A stretch of 64,000 nt of DNA. Source: a virus. A program made the translations under genes and the position numbers. The stretch is from IMG/VR virus record IMGVR_UViG_3300035698_029289, positions 1 through 64,000 of that record. One strand, 5' to 3'. Below, in pieces: positions 16,453 to 26,038 of the stretch (its first letter is position 1; the number at the start of each line of letters is the position of its first letter). A model generated the notes under the pieces. That model was not told the origin of the DNA and searched no databases. It was given only the letters and a program-made list of their open reading frames with translations.

Positions 16453-16742
16453 TGTCAAAGAAATTTATTGATTACCATAAACAGAAAAGTCACAATGAAA
16501 GAATGATTTCCGAGCTTTTGCGGAAAGTGCGACCAGACATTTGGGTTTTAATGGATTTGATAGACAAGACGGATATGAACCCAATAATAGTATTTAAGTT
16601 TCTGAGGCAAGTCAACAATGTCATTCTGGGGTCGGGGTGGGGGCAAGTGACGCTAGTAATTAACAATAGGGTGGCAAAATATATTCGCGGTGAGGACACA
16701 GATAAAATCGAAGCAGAGATTGTTTTGCCACGACCAAAATAG
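16452..16742 (+). CDS. small protein with DUF2292/YezD-like C-terminal motif
   Basis: SGWGQVTLVINNRVAKYI resembles G(Y/F)GxVxIxIxxG; ends 8 nt before the leader-1 promoter. Confidence 0.55.
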   Translation: MSKKFIDYHKQKSHNERMISELLRKVRPDIWVLMDLIDKTDMNPIIVFKFLRQVNNVILGSGWGQVTLVINNRVAKYIRGEDTDKIEAEIVLPRPK

Positions 16743-16749
16743 TCAACTA

Positions 16750-16860
16750 TTGACAAGACAAAATTTTTGTTGTAGTGTTTAATTAACAGTTACTTGAAGC
16801 GAAAAAGCGCTAGAGGACTGCAATATACCCGAGTGGGCGTGATTGCAGTCCTTTTTATTT
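16750..16860 (+). promoter_or_regulatory. late leader 1: promoter, conserved hairpin, overlapping terminator
   Basis: TTGACA-17-TAGTGT; CAGTTACTT-GA-AGCG-AAAAAG-CGCT-A-GAGGACTG; terminator AGGACTGCAAT/ATTGCAGTCCT-TTTTATTT. Confidence 0.8.
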
Positions 16861-16872
16861 GAATTATTAACT

Positions 16873-18942
16873 ATGGCCCAAAAGAAGAAAGAAAGAAAAC
16901 CAAAAGGTGTTATCGCCTTTTCAGAGTTAAAGAATCACTACGATTTAGCCAATGATGAGACTGACAAAAGACGGACGGGTCGAGGAAAAATCGGAACGAT
17001 TTCTTTTGACGAAGCAGACGAGTTGTTCCGTTCTTGGCTCGATGAAGATAGTTGGCCATATGATGCTCTCCTTTTTGATCCTCGCGTTTTCACTTTTATT
17101 TTTGAAAAGACTTCAAGGTTAATCTCCAACAAACTCAGAGGAAGATTGATTCCCCGAGAAGGTGGAGATATGTTGGCGGCTCATATCAATAACGAGTTAT
17201 TGAGTTTTCAATGGGATCAGGCGACTCATAGCGGCTCAATGATTTCAAAATGGGCTTTAATGGATTTGAATGCGAGGAAGTATGGCGCTGCTTTTGCTTT
17301 GTGTAAATGGCGCTATGAGCTTGCTCCTGATGAGAAAGTTTTGTTTGACGGACCGGGAATGCAAATTTTGAATAATAGAGATTGTCTCCCCGATCCGGCG
17401 GCGACAGACATTGAGTCTTGTAACTGGTTCCAAGCTAGGCAATATGTTACTTTTCAAGACCTTGAAAGGGTTAATGATAGAGCGCGAACGAAGCCTGTTT
17501 ACAAAAATCTTGATAAATTAAGAACAGTAATTAGCCAGAAAGCAGAGAAGAGCGGTGGAGATTCCCGAGACATTAACTGGACATCTCGAAATCGACAAAT
17601 TTCTGGACTTACCACAGATCCGGTTGGAAAAGACGCTGCCTTCAAGACAGTAGAGATTGTGACAGAATACCGGAAAGGTCGCTGGATCACCTTTTCGCCC
17701 CGACATGGAGTCATCCTTCGAGATATTGCCAATCCATATCACAATAATGAGATTCCGATTGTAATGCTTCGCTATTATCCGATCGATGACGACTTGTATG
17801 GCATGAGCGAAATTGAGCCAGTTAAAGGATTGCAAAAGGCAATCAATGCCATCCTCTCTCAATATGTGGATGAAATCAACCAAAAGCTTTATACGCCTAT
17901 TGCTGTCGGTCCTGGTGTTCGGCAGCACACATTGCGATGGGGAAAGGGTGCGAGGTGGATTATGAACAATCCAATGACAGACTTTCGATTGGTTGAATCT
18001 CGGTCGAATGCGGCACAATTCTTCAACAATACCTATTCTGTATTAGTGGCCGCTTTAATGAATTCTATCGGAGAAACTTCTTTGGGAGTTTCCAATATTA
18101 GCAGGTTTCAAGCAGAAAAGACTGCGACTGAGGTGAAACAGCTTGTTTCTCAAAGAAATGCACGGGATAATTTCAATCAGACATTTTTGGGAGAGGCGCT
18201 TAAAAGACAAATGATTCTGTGGCATACCATGAATCAAGTAATGATATTCAGCGATCCAGAAAAGAAATCCTATGTTATTCGGATTATTGGAAGAGACGCA
18301 ATCCGATACTTTGAAGAAAGCGGGATTGGGGCTTATGGCTTGACCGAAGAGGGAGCAAAATTGCTTCAAGAAAACACAGAAAGGACGATGGCAGAAGGAG
18401 GCGAAGAAACAGGAATTCCAGAGGACTTCATGATTCCAATGTCGCCAGTGTCAATGGGAGAAGAAGAGGAGGCTATCCCCAAGTTTTCTCTTGACATGAG
18501 CAAGCAACTTGGTACTTTAGTTATAGAGCCAGAGGATTTAAAAGGAAATTATGATTTCATTGCCGATGTGGAATCGATGGCTTTATCGGCAGGAGAACAG
18601 CAAATGCAAGGAAGAAAAGCTGCTTTCAATATGCTTCTTTCTAATCCGCTGGTAGTAGAATTTTTGGCAAAGGAAAAAGTGAGACCGAAGTTTAAAGATT
18701 TGTTTGTTGCATGGCTTGAGGATGTTGGAATGAAAGATGCTGAGAAGTTCTTTGAAAATATTCCGCCTGAGGAAATGCTTGGTCCACCGGGAATGGGACA
18801 ACCAGGAATGGGTCAGCCCGGAATGGCTCCGCAGGGAATGGGACAGCCACCAATGACAATGGGTAGTCCTATGCCAGGAGGTCCAGGCGGCGTGGCTCCA
18901 TTAGCTCCTTCTCCGAGAGCGAGAGGAGGTGGAACAGTTTAA
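16873..18942 (+). CDS. portal protein (P22-like)
   Basis: About 690 aa after terminase; NPY..NEIP...YGMSEIEPV..LQ..IN, KTATEV; PGMGQ-repeat tail. Confidence 0.9.
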   Translation: MAQKKKERKPKGVIAFSELKNHYDLANDETDKRRTGRGKIGTISFDEADELFRSWLDEDSWPYDALLFDPRVFTFIFEKTSRLISNKLRGRLIPREGGDMLAAHINNELLSFQWDQATHSGSMISKWALMDLNARKYGAAFALCKWRYELAPDEKVLFDGPGMQILNNRDCLPDPAATDIESCNWFQARQYVTFQDLERVNDRARTKPVYKNLDKLRTVISQKAEKSGGDSRDINWTSRNRQISGLTTDPVGKDAAFKTVEIVTEYRKGRWITFSPRHGVILRDIANPYHNNEIPIVMLRYYPIDDDLYGMSEIEPVKGLQKAINAILSQYVDEINQKLYTPIAVGPGVRQHTLRWGKGARWIMNNPMTDFRLVESRSNAAQFFNNTYSVLVAALMNSIGETSLGVSNISRFQAEKTATEVKQLVSQRNARDNFNQTFLGEALKRQMILWHTMNQVMIFSDPEKKSYVIRIIGRDAIRYFEESGIGAYGLTEEGAKLLQENTERTMAEGGEETGIPEDFMIPMSPVSMGEEEEAIPKFSLDMSKQLGTLVIEPEDLKGNYDFIADVESMALSAGEQQMQGRKAAFNMLLSNPLVVEFLAKEKVRPKFKDLFVAWLEDVGMKDAEKFFENIPPEEMLGPPGMGQPGMGQPGMAPQGMGQPPMTMGSPMPGGPGGVAPLAPSPRARGGGTV

Positions 18943-19277
18943 TGACAGATAAATCGCAACCAGATATTGAAAAGGGAAGAAAATTGAACAGAAAAGAAAT
19001 AGGGGAATTGAGGGAAGGGCAGGGTGTTTATGAAATGACTCAAACACCTGGGTGGCAAACCGTAAAAGGATGGTTGGAAGACAGAGCGTTTCATAGTTGG
19101 GTAGACCCACGTGAAACCAAGTCAAAAAAGGAGTGGGAATGGCAAGAACTAAATGCCTTCCACTCAGCGGATGTGTCAAGCCAGTTGTTAATAGATATTC
19201 AAAGGGCTGTTGAAAGGTCGGAGTATCTTGACAAAGTGAAAAAGGGTGAAATAAAAGAAAGGCGAATGAGAATTTAA
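18942..19277 (+). CDS. portal-adjacent head assembly protein
   Basis: TAATG coupling; MTQTPGWQTVKGWL motif. Confidence 0.7.
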   Translation: MTDKSQPDIEKGRKLNRKEIGELREGQGVYEMTQTPGWQTVKGWLEDRAFHSWVDPRETKSKKEWEWQELNAFHSADVSSQLLIDIQRAVERSEYLDKVKKGEIKERRMRI

Positions 19278-19366
19278 TGAAAGGAGGTGTAAGAATAATG
19301 GAATTTGGAAGTTTTTTAAAAGGCAAAAAGAAAAAGAAAAAAAAGAAAAAGAAGGAGGCGAAATAA

Positions 19367-19570
19367 ATGCCATATCGCAGGAGCGGAACTAAAGTCTTAC
19401 ACAAAAAAGGAGGCAAGTGGAAAGTAAAACAAACTTGCCGCTCTGAAGCTGCTGCCAAAAGAGCCATGAGCTTATTGAGAGGCTTGGAATCTGGTAGCAT
19501 TAAGCCAAGCCAAGTTGGGAAAGGAAAGTTTGCCAAAAAAAGGAAAACTAGCCGGAAGAGAAAGAAATAA
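19367..19570 (+). CDS. small basic protein
   Basis: GGAGG RBS; Lys/Arg-rich. Confidence 0.7.
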   Translation: MPYRRSGTKVLHKKGGKWKVKQTCRSEAAAKRAMSLLRGLESGSIKPSQVGKGKFAKKRKTSRKRKK

Positions 19571-19836
19571 TGCCTAAAAAATTGCCTGATTTGCCGGGTT
19601 CGGATGAAAGCACTTTAAAAACTAACAGAATGGATTCTTTCTACGAGAAGAAGCCAAGTGATATTTGGAAAGGATATGTGGAGAACATAAAATTGAAAGG
19701 GCGAAAGAAATGTTCTCATAAATTTAGACATATTCAAAGAGGAATAGAATGCGAAAAATGTCACATCGGTTTTGTAGGAGAAGGATTGAGGATTAAAAAC
19801 GGGCACATTTTCTTCGGTAATCAAAGATTTCTTTGA
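19570..19836 (+). CDS. Zn-binding hypothetical protein
   Basis: CSH...CEKC; TAATG coupling. Confidence 0.65.
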   Translation: MPKKLPDLPGSDESTLKTNRMDSFYEKKPSDIWKGYVENIKLKGRKKCSHKFRHIQRGIECEKCHIGFVGEGLRIKNGHIFFGNQRFL

Positions 19837-19954
19837 TTGTCGAAATTAGTGTACCTTTAAAAATAAATTAGAGGGAATATTTTATCATTCACCTAAGCGG
19901 TAATGCTTGCCGCCTATAACCATTATTAAATAGAGCATAAGAAAGGAGGTGAAA

Positions 19955-20923
19955 ATGACAATAAATACAGGGCTTAAAAGACCCCCTGAGAAGGTAGAAC
20001 CTCAGGCTGGAGCAAAGCCTACTCCAGAGAAAAAAGAACCTGTTCCTCAGGTTAAGGAGGTTGAAACCGAAACCCAACCAAAACCAGGAACAGAGGGGGA
20101 GTTGCCAGGAGGCGCTTCGGAGAGGACCCGAGAGCAATTTGACAAGCTCAAAAGTAGCAATCAAAGACTGCTCGAGGCAAACAAACTTCTCCAAGGAGAA
20201 ATAGCTAGAAGGGTTCAAAGTGAACAAACTTTTGCCCCGATTCAGCAAATTCCAGGAGTGCCACAAGCGCCGACACAGGCGCCATTGCAAACTCCAACTC
20301 AACCAGCTCAAGTTCCTGCGCCCGATGTTGAGCAATTCGTCGCTGTAGATCCTATTACTGGGGAGCGGTATCTTAATGAACCTAAACTCGGTCAGGCAAT
20401 CGCCGACGCAAATGCTCGAGCAAAGAGGGCAGAAAAGTCAGTTCAGAACTATATTTTGCAACAGAGATCGATTGAGGAAGAGCAACAGACGCGAGAAGCG
20501 TTTACTGCTCACCCCGAGCTTAATCCGAAGTCAAAAAAGTTCGAGAAAGGACTGCATACAAGAACACGAGCGCTTCTCTTGGATTCGATGATGAATCCAA
20601 GTGACTATGACAATCATTCTTTGAGTTTCAAAGAAGCAGGAGATTTAGCAAAGAAGCAATCAGCAAAAGATGCTAAAGAACTGACAAAGAAAGTCGATGA
20701 AGAAAGTCAAAAAGCACTTGAAGCCAAAGAGCAAGCTAGTCTAGCGGTAGAGGGGAAACCGGGAACACCGTCCCCCTCACAAGAACCATCTGAGGAGCTT
20801 GCTAACTTAGCGAAGAAAACCCGTGAGGGAGATATTTGGGCATTAGCTCGAAGATTGCAAAATACTCCACACACTGGAACACCAACTTCTTCGACAGAAG
20901 AAGGAACCGAAGAGAAGAAATAG
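19955..20923 (+). CDS. capsid scaffolding protein
   Basis: Pro/Glu-rich coiled coil directly upstream of capsid; RBS AAAGGAGGTGA. Confidence 0.8.
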   Translation: MTINTGLKRPPEKVEPQAGAKPTPEKKEPVPQVKEVETETQPKPGTEGELPGGASERTREQFDKLKSSNQRLLEANKLLQGEIARRVQSEQTFAPIQQIPGVPQAPTQAPLQTPTQPAQVPAPDVEQFVAVDPITGERYLNEPKLGQAIADANARAKRAEKSVQNYILQQRSIEEEQQTREAFTAHPELNPKSKKFEKGLHTRTRALLLDSMMNPSDYDNHSLSFKEAGDLAKKQSAKDAKELTKKVDEESQKALEAKEQASLAVEGKPGTPSPSQEPSEELANLAKKTREGDIWALARRLQNTPHTGTPTSSTEEGTEEKK

Positions 20924-21000
20924 TGCGAGAGAGTTGTGCCTCCCGTGCTATGACCGGGAGGTCAATTATCCTGCACAAGAAAGGAGTGTGAAAAAATTAT

Positions 21001-21909
21001 ATGGCGTGGGGATTAATTACATATCAAGATGCCGCGCGTAGAGAAGATCTATTGGATGTTATCGGAGATGTATCTCCTGATGAGACTCCACTTTTGACTC
21101 TTTTCGGCACAAGCACGGCAAAAGGAACTCTGCACGAATGGCTGGCATACTCAGTCTCAAGACCAACTTCGGTATCTGCCGATGTTGAAGGAGCTGATAC
21201 CACATTCGGAGATTTGACTCAACCCAACAGAGTAGTCAATGTTACCCAAATTATTAAAGAACCGGTTCAAGTTTCTCGAACCGAGCGACGGGTTAATGTG
21301 GCTGCAATGGGAGATCCGTATGCTTTCCAAAAAGCAGAAGCACTTCGTCGTCTAAAAATGAATATGGAGTATGCTTTACTGAATGCTGCGAAAGCCTCTG
21401 GATCGTCTGGTTTGGCTCGTCAAATGAATGGAATCGATGCTTTCATCACAACTACTGTTACTGCTCGAAACTCAGGAACTTCGTTTTCTGAAACTGAGCT
21501 AGAAGCTATGGTTTCTGATGCCTGGACAACAGTCGATCCCGACAAGGTATTTGACATGCTTCTTTGTACTTTCAAAATCAAGCAGAAAATTGCCGGGTTC
21601 TCTGGAAACTCTACTAGATATATTGATGCAACTGAACGAAGACTTGTTAAAGACGTGTTGGTTTATGATTCCGCTGGTGGATCTCACAGAATCTTTGCAC
21701 ACAAAGATGTGAGGAACTCAGCAGGTTCAACAACTATCTTGGGCCTACGAGAAGATTTGTACAAGACTGCGTATCTCGACAAACCAATGTTTGAAGAACT
21801 TGCTAAAACAGGTGATGCGGACAAGGGTCACTGGGTAACAGAATTTACGCTTGAGTCTATAGCAGAGAAGGCTAGTTTGAAGCGAACAGGGTATAATCAA
21901 AACGGGTAG
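21001..21909 (+). CDS. major capsid protein (SU10/DUF5309-like)
   Basis: REDLLDVI..VSP.ETP, HEW, NVTQII...VQVS.T, RQMNGI, LAKTGDADK....TEFTLE. Confidence 0.92.
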   Translation: MAWGLITYQDAARREDLLDVIGDVSPDETPLLTLFGTSTAKGTLHEWLAYSVSRPTSVSADVEGADTTFGDLTQPNRVVNVTQIIKEPVQVSRTERRVNVAAMGDPYAFQKAEALRRLKMNMEYALLNAAKASGSSGLARQMNGIDAFITTTVTARNSGTSFSETELEAMVSDAWTTVDPDKVFDMLLCTFKIKQKIAGFSGNSTRYIDATERRLVKDVLVYDSAGGSHRIFAHKDVRNSAGSTTILGLREDLYKTAYLDKPMFEELAKTGDADKGHWVTEFTLESIAEKASLKRTGYNQNG

Positions 21910-21961
21910 TAATACCCGAATGGTTGATATTTTATCCTGGTTTTGGTAGTATGAGAATACT

Positions 21962-22381
21962 ATGAAAACCAAAAGTTGCACTTTTAAAGCTTGTAATAGA
22001 AAACATTATGCCAAAGGTTATTGCCGAAAGCATTACCGACAGCGTATTGGTGAATCTGCCACTAGATGGCAAGTAATTAAATCTGATCCTGTTCTTTATG
22101 AACATTGGAGAGAACTCCAAAGAAAATGGAGCAGAAACCATAAAAGGGATCATCGGAAACATTCTGATAAAATCTACTTTGGTGGTAACAGAGAAATTGC
22201 GATTCAGCGAGACAATGAAAAGTGTGTTCGATGTGGAATGACACGGGAGGAACATCTTGCCAAATGGAAGAAAGACCTTCATGTTAATCACAAAGACCAC
22301 ACTAAAAGGAATGATTTGGATAATCTTGAAACATTATGTCTTCCTTGTCATGCTTCTAAAAGTCACTATAGTAAGAGATAA
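21962..22381 (+). CDS. HNH endonuclease
   Basis: RDNEKCVRCG...LHVNHKD...NDLDNLETLCLPCH; own promoter TTGATA(21924)-17-TAGTAT. Confidence 0.9.
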   Translation: MKTKSCTFKACNRKHYAKGYCRKHYRQRIGESATRWQVIKSDPVLYEHWRELQRKWSRNHKRDHRKHSDKIYFGGNREIAIQRDNEKCVRCGMTREEHLAKWKKDLHVNHKDHTKRNDLDNLETLCLPCHASKSHYSKR

Positions 22382-22529
22382 AATTACCTTGGTTTAAGTT
22401 ACAACCAGAACGGTTAAGGTGTAACATAGGCTTAGAGGGAGACAAAAAACATGCGGACATTTACCGCATTACCCTTGAATAAAATAAATGCGCACTCTAT
22501 GAACTGCCAAAGTTTGCATAGAGTACAAA

Positions 22530-22919
22530 ATGCCAAAGACAATAGTTTATGACAAATTATCGGGAAAACTGCGAAGATGGATGGATGTCCAAGACGCAGA
22601 ACATATAGTGCAACTTAGAAAAAAGAAGGGCAAGTGGACCGTCATTAAAGATTTAATTAAAATATGGATGGAAAGAAGCCCTGAGGAATTCAAAGGGTTT
22701 AAAGTTCATTTGAAAGACATTAAAGAAACGAGGCTTGACAAGAAATTCGGTCAAACACATAGCAAGAAACAAGAGAGAAGGTTAATATTGGTATTTCCGA
22801 TGGCCTTACAGTCTCTTATCAGAACGATATATTCATCAAGTGAATTACCATTTAACCGAGCCTTTTTTCATGAGTTCGGTAAAAGATTCCGGATTTTTCA
22901 GATTCCGGAAAAACTATAG
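22530..22919 (+). CDS. hypothetical protein
   Basis: ORF track; post-capsid position. Confidence 0.7.
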   Translation: MPKTIVYDKLSGKLRRWMDVQDAEHIVQLRKKKGKWTVIKDLIKIWMERSPEEFKGFKVHLKDIKETRLDKKFGQTHSKKQERRLILVFPMALQSLIRTIYSSSELPFNRAFFHEFGKRFRIFQIPEKL

Positions 22920-22936
22920 GAGGGAGGTGAATAAAC

Positions 22937-23290
22937 ATGGCATTAGGCAAAACAATAGGCGATAGAGAATTTTCTAAGTTTGTGGAAGATGAGACTGGCA
23001 AAATAGCAGTGAGAACCCATAATCAGTTTGGAACCGCTGCTCTTGTCTCTTTGACAACATCAGTAGTGAAATCATCGGCTGGGTTTCTCCACGCAGTCAA
23101 TATTGGAGGAGTTAGTGGGCCAACCATCAGCCTTTGGGATAATACTGTTCCGAGTGGAACGTTAATTCATAGATTTCATGCAGATGCTCCTGTTGCCACT
23201 TATCTGTTTGATGTGAAATTTACAACTGGTTTGTCCATTAAGGCAGTTGGAGGTGGGATTAACCCCCAGGTTCAAATTAGTTATAAATAA
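22937..23290 (+). CDS. putative virion beta-sandwich protein
   Basis: VKSSAGFLH.VNI...ISLWDNT...FDVKFTTGL; RBS GGGAGGTGA. Confidence 0.65.
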   Translation: MALGKTIGDREFSKFVEDETGKIAVRTHNQFGTAALVSLTTSVVKSSAGFLHAVNIGGVSGPTISLWDNTVPSGTLIHRFHADAPVATYLFDVKFTTGLSIKAVGGGINPQVQISYK

Positions 23291-23316
23291 AACATCCGAG
23301 TATTTTTTGTGATATA

Positions 23317-25860
23317 ATGAAAAAACTTGGGGTTACGAAATTGATGACTAAACAAAATAGCGGGCCCAAAATCGCCCTCAACATGATCTTGTCGGAGAAC
23401 GAACCCATAGACATGGTTAAAAGGGCAATTGATAGCGTTCGACGCTATGTTGATGGAATTTACATAACCGTCACTTATAAAAAGAAAAAGCCTAAAAAAA
23501 CTCCTCTTTTGAAACTCCTTCGTGATTACAAAGTTAAAGTGAGTTTATTCAAGTGGGTTTATGATTTTTCCGAAGCAAGAAATTTCGCCATGGTTCAAGT
23601 TCCTCGGGACTATTTTTATCTTTTTTGGATTGACGCTGATGACGTTGTTCAGGAAGCAGAACATCTTCCTCGGATTGTTCGGGAATCATATTTGATGGAT
23701 GCTTCTGCGGTTTTTTTCGACTATTGGTATAAAGTTGATTTGGATGAGCAAGGGAAGGTGAGAGAAGTGGTTATTGAGCATAAAAGAGAAAGGCTTATCA
23801 AGACTGATGGAACATACAAATGGATCGGCAAGCTTCACGAGACACTTATTCCTCAAAAAAAAGAGAATGTTAAACAGGTTTTCAGGAAGGAATGTATTAT
23901 CGTTCACCTTAATACCGAAGAGCGAGAAAATAAAAATCTTGAGCGCAATATCAAAATTCTCGAAGAGGCTGCTCGGGAAGAAAAACATAAAGATCCCCGG
24001 ACGCTTCTTTATCTTGCAAAAGCCTATTTTGACAAAGGGAAATTAAGGGATGTTAAAAATCGTAAATTATGGTTTGATATGACTAGGGCACTTTTGTATG
24101 AATATATTGAGGGAACAGGCAAGCCAGGGCAAGAAGGTTATCAGGAAGGTTCTGGATGGAATCAAGAAAGGGCAGTCGCTTGGGGTTATCTTTCTGATAT
24201 GCACCGCCTTGAAGGACGATTGAATGCTGCCATTAAAACGATTAACAATGCTATCGTTGAGGACCCAACTTTCCCTAAATATTATTTGGATTTAGCAATG
24301 ACTTGGACTTTAAAACAGAAATGGGAGAAGGCTGAACATTGGTTGAGAGTAGCACTTCATACCCCAATGCCTAAAACTACTCAAATCCTTAATCCCCGAG
24401 ATATGAAAGCGCAGGCGTTAGAGATTGATTACAACATTGCCAGGGCGAAACAAGATTTGAATAGAAGCGTTAAGGCTGCGGAAAAACTGGTAGAAATCTT
24501 GCCCAATGTTAAGGGGATAAGAGAGCGTCTTGAGGAAGCAAAAGTTCTTAAAGCAACCAATCAAGCGGCCCAGTCTGTTATCTATTTGGCAAAGTATCTT
24601 GAGGCATCAAAAGAACCCCAAAAAATTATTCCTCTTATTCAGGCTATCCCTGCGACAATACAAGGAGAAGAAATTATATCTCAAATGAGACATCGATACT
24701 TGCCATCTCGGATTTGGGATAAAGATGAAATTGCCATTTTGTGTGGACCTGGATTTGAGAAGTGGTCTCCGAAGAACATTAAACAAGGCTTGGGTGGATC
24801 TGAATCGGCAGTTATTTACCTTAGTCGAGAACTGAAAAAGCTGGGTTACAAGATTACCGTTTTTGGAGATCCTCAGGGTGATGCGGGAGACTATGGCGGA
24901 GTTCAATTCCGACCATGGCATGAGATTAATATTAAAGATTCTTTTAACATTTTGGTTTTGTGGCGAGCCCTTGGTTTTGCGGACAACAATTTCTCGGCGA
25001 ATCAAACTTATTTATGGATGCACGATGTCCCCAATAATGCTGATTTCATAAAAGAAAGGTTGGCAAAGATTGATAAAATTATTCCTCTGTCTCAGTATCA
25101 TAAATCTCTATTTAGAATGCAGGAAGACGGAGATTTTGTAGAAATTCCCGATGAAAAGTTCTGGGTTTCTACCAATGGTATTGTTCCTGTGAAAATTAAC
25201 AAAAAGTGGAAGCGTGATCTTTATAGGTGTATTTGGACTTCTAGCTATGATCGAGGACTGGTTTATCTTTTAAATATTTGGTCTGATGTGAAAAAGGCAG
25301 TACCAAAGGCGAATCTTCACATTTATTATGGGTGGAATTTATATGACCGCCTTCATGCAGAGAATCCTGCCAGAATAGAGTGGAAAGCAAAAGTTTCCAA
25401 AATGATGCAACAACCAGGAATCGTTCATCATGGAAGGGTTGGACACAAAGAGTTGAATAGGGCTTATGCAGGATCAGCCATTTTTTCATACCCGACTGAT
25501 TTCCAGGAAATAAATTGTATAAGTGCTATGTCTGCACAGGCCTATGGAGCGATTCCAGTTTGCACAAACTATGCAGCTCTGAAAGAAACTGTTCAACATG
25601 GAATTAAGGTGGACGTAGATATTACTACGAAAACAGACCAAAAAGCATACACAAAGGAATTAATTTCTCTTTTGAAGAACACAAAAAAACAGGAAGAAAT
25701 AAGAAAGCCGATGATGGAATGGGCACAAAAATTCTTCCTATGGAAGAATACGGCCGCAAGTTGGAATCGTCAATTCCGGAAGAAAACTAAGTCCATAAAA
25801 GGAAAAAAACTTTTAAGAAAAGGGGGTGAAAACAATGCAGGACACAACAAAAAGGCCTAA
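23317..25860 (+). CDS. GT2-TPR-GT4 multidomain glycosyltransferase
   Basis: DFSEARN, WIDADD, HE (GT-A); TPR helices; GGSE, TSSYDRGL, EINCISAMSAQA (GT-B); start may be ATG 23344. Confidence 0.9.
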   Translation: MKKLGVTKLMTKQNSGPKIALNMILSENEPIDMVKRAIDSVRRYVDGIYITVTYKKKKPKKTPLLKLLRDYKVKVSLFKWVYDFSEARNFAMVQVPRDYFYLFWIDADDVVQEAEHLPRIVRESYLMDASAVFFDYWYKVDLDEQGKVREVVIEHKRERLIKTDGTYKWIGKLHETLIPQKKENVKQVFRKECIIVHLNTEERENKNLERNIKILEEAAREEKHKDPRTLLYLAKAYFDKGKLRDVKNRKLWFDMTRALLYEYIEGTGKPGQEGYQEGSGWNQERAVAWGYLSDMHRLEGRLNAAIKTINNAIVEDPTFPKYYLDLAMTWTLKQKWEKAEHWLRVALHTPMPKTTQILNPRDMKAQALEIDYNIARAKQDLNRSVKAAEKLVEILPNVKGIRERLEEAKVLKATNQAAQSVIYLAKYLEASKEPQKIIPLIQAIPATIQGEEIISQMRHRYLPSRIWDKDEIAILCGPGFEKWSPKNIKQGLGGSESAVIYLSRELKKLGYKITVFGDPQGDAGDYGGVQFRPWHEINIKDSFNILVLWRALGFADNNFSANQTYLWMHDVPNNADFIKERLAKIDKIIPLSQYHKSLFRMQEDGDFVEIPDEKFWVSTNGIVPVKINKKWKRDLYRCIWTSSYDRGLVYLLNIWSDVKKAVPKANLHIYYGWNLYDRLHAENPARIEWKAKVSKMMQQPGIVHHGRVGHKELNRAYAGSAIFSYPTDFQEINCISAMSAQAYGAIPVCTNYAALKETVQHGIKVDVDITTKTDQKAYTKELISLLKNTKKQEEIRKPMMEWAQKFFLWKNTAASWNRQFRKKTKSIKGKKLLRKGGENNAGHNKKA

Positions 25861-26038
25861 GGGCAAATGTGCTTATTGTGGAAAGGAAATTACCATTGAT
25901 TCTGTTCGGAATGCTAAGGTTATTTATTGTTGTCGTGCTTGTGCTTCCATGGCCCGTTACCAAAAGCGATATGTCGGTCCTAGAAGCGGAAGAGGCGATA
26001 TGCCTACATGGGATAGGAGAAAATTCAAGAGGTCTTAA
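25835..26038 (+). CDS. small Zn-finger protein
   Basis: CAYCG...YCCRAC; RBS GGGGGTGA. Confidence 0.65.
   Translation: MQDTTKRPKGKCAYCGKEITIDSVRNAKVIYCCRACASMARYQKRYVGPRSGRGDMPTWDRRKFKRS

Noticed and set aside
19890-19916. Sixth copy of the late leader (TAAGCGGTAA-TGC-TTGCCGC)
   Set aside because: Lacks the GCT-A arm, the outer stem and a following terminator
21891-22398. GT...AG or group I intron in the capsid gene
   Set aside because: GT-AG ends are likely chance; flanks are too short for a ribozyme core and the unspliced gene already encodes the full C-terminus
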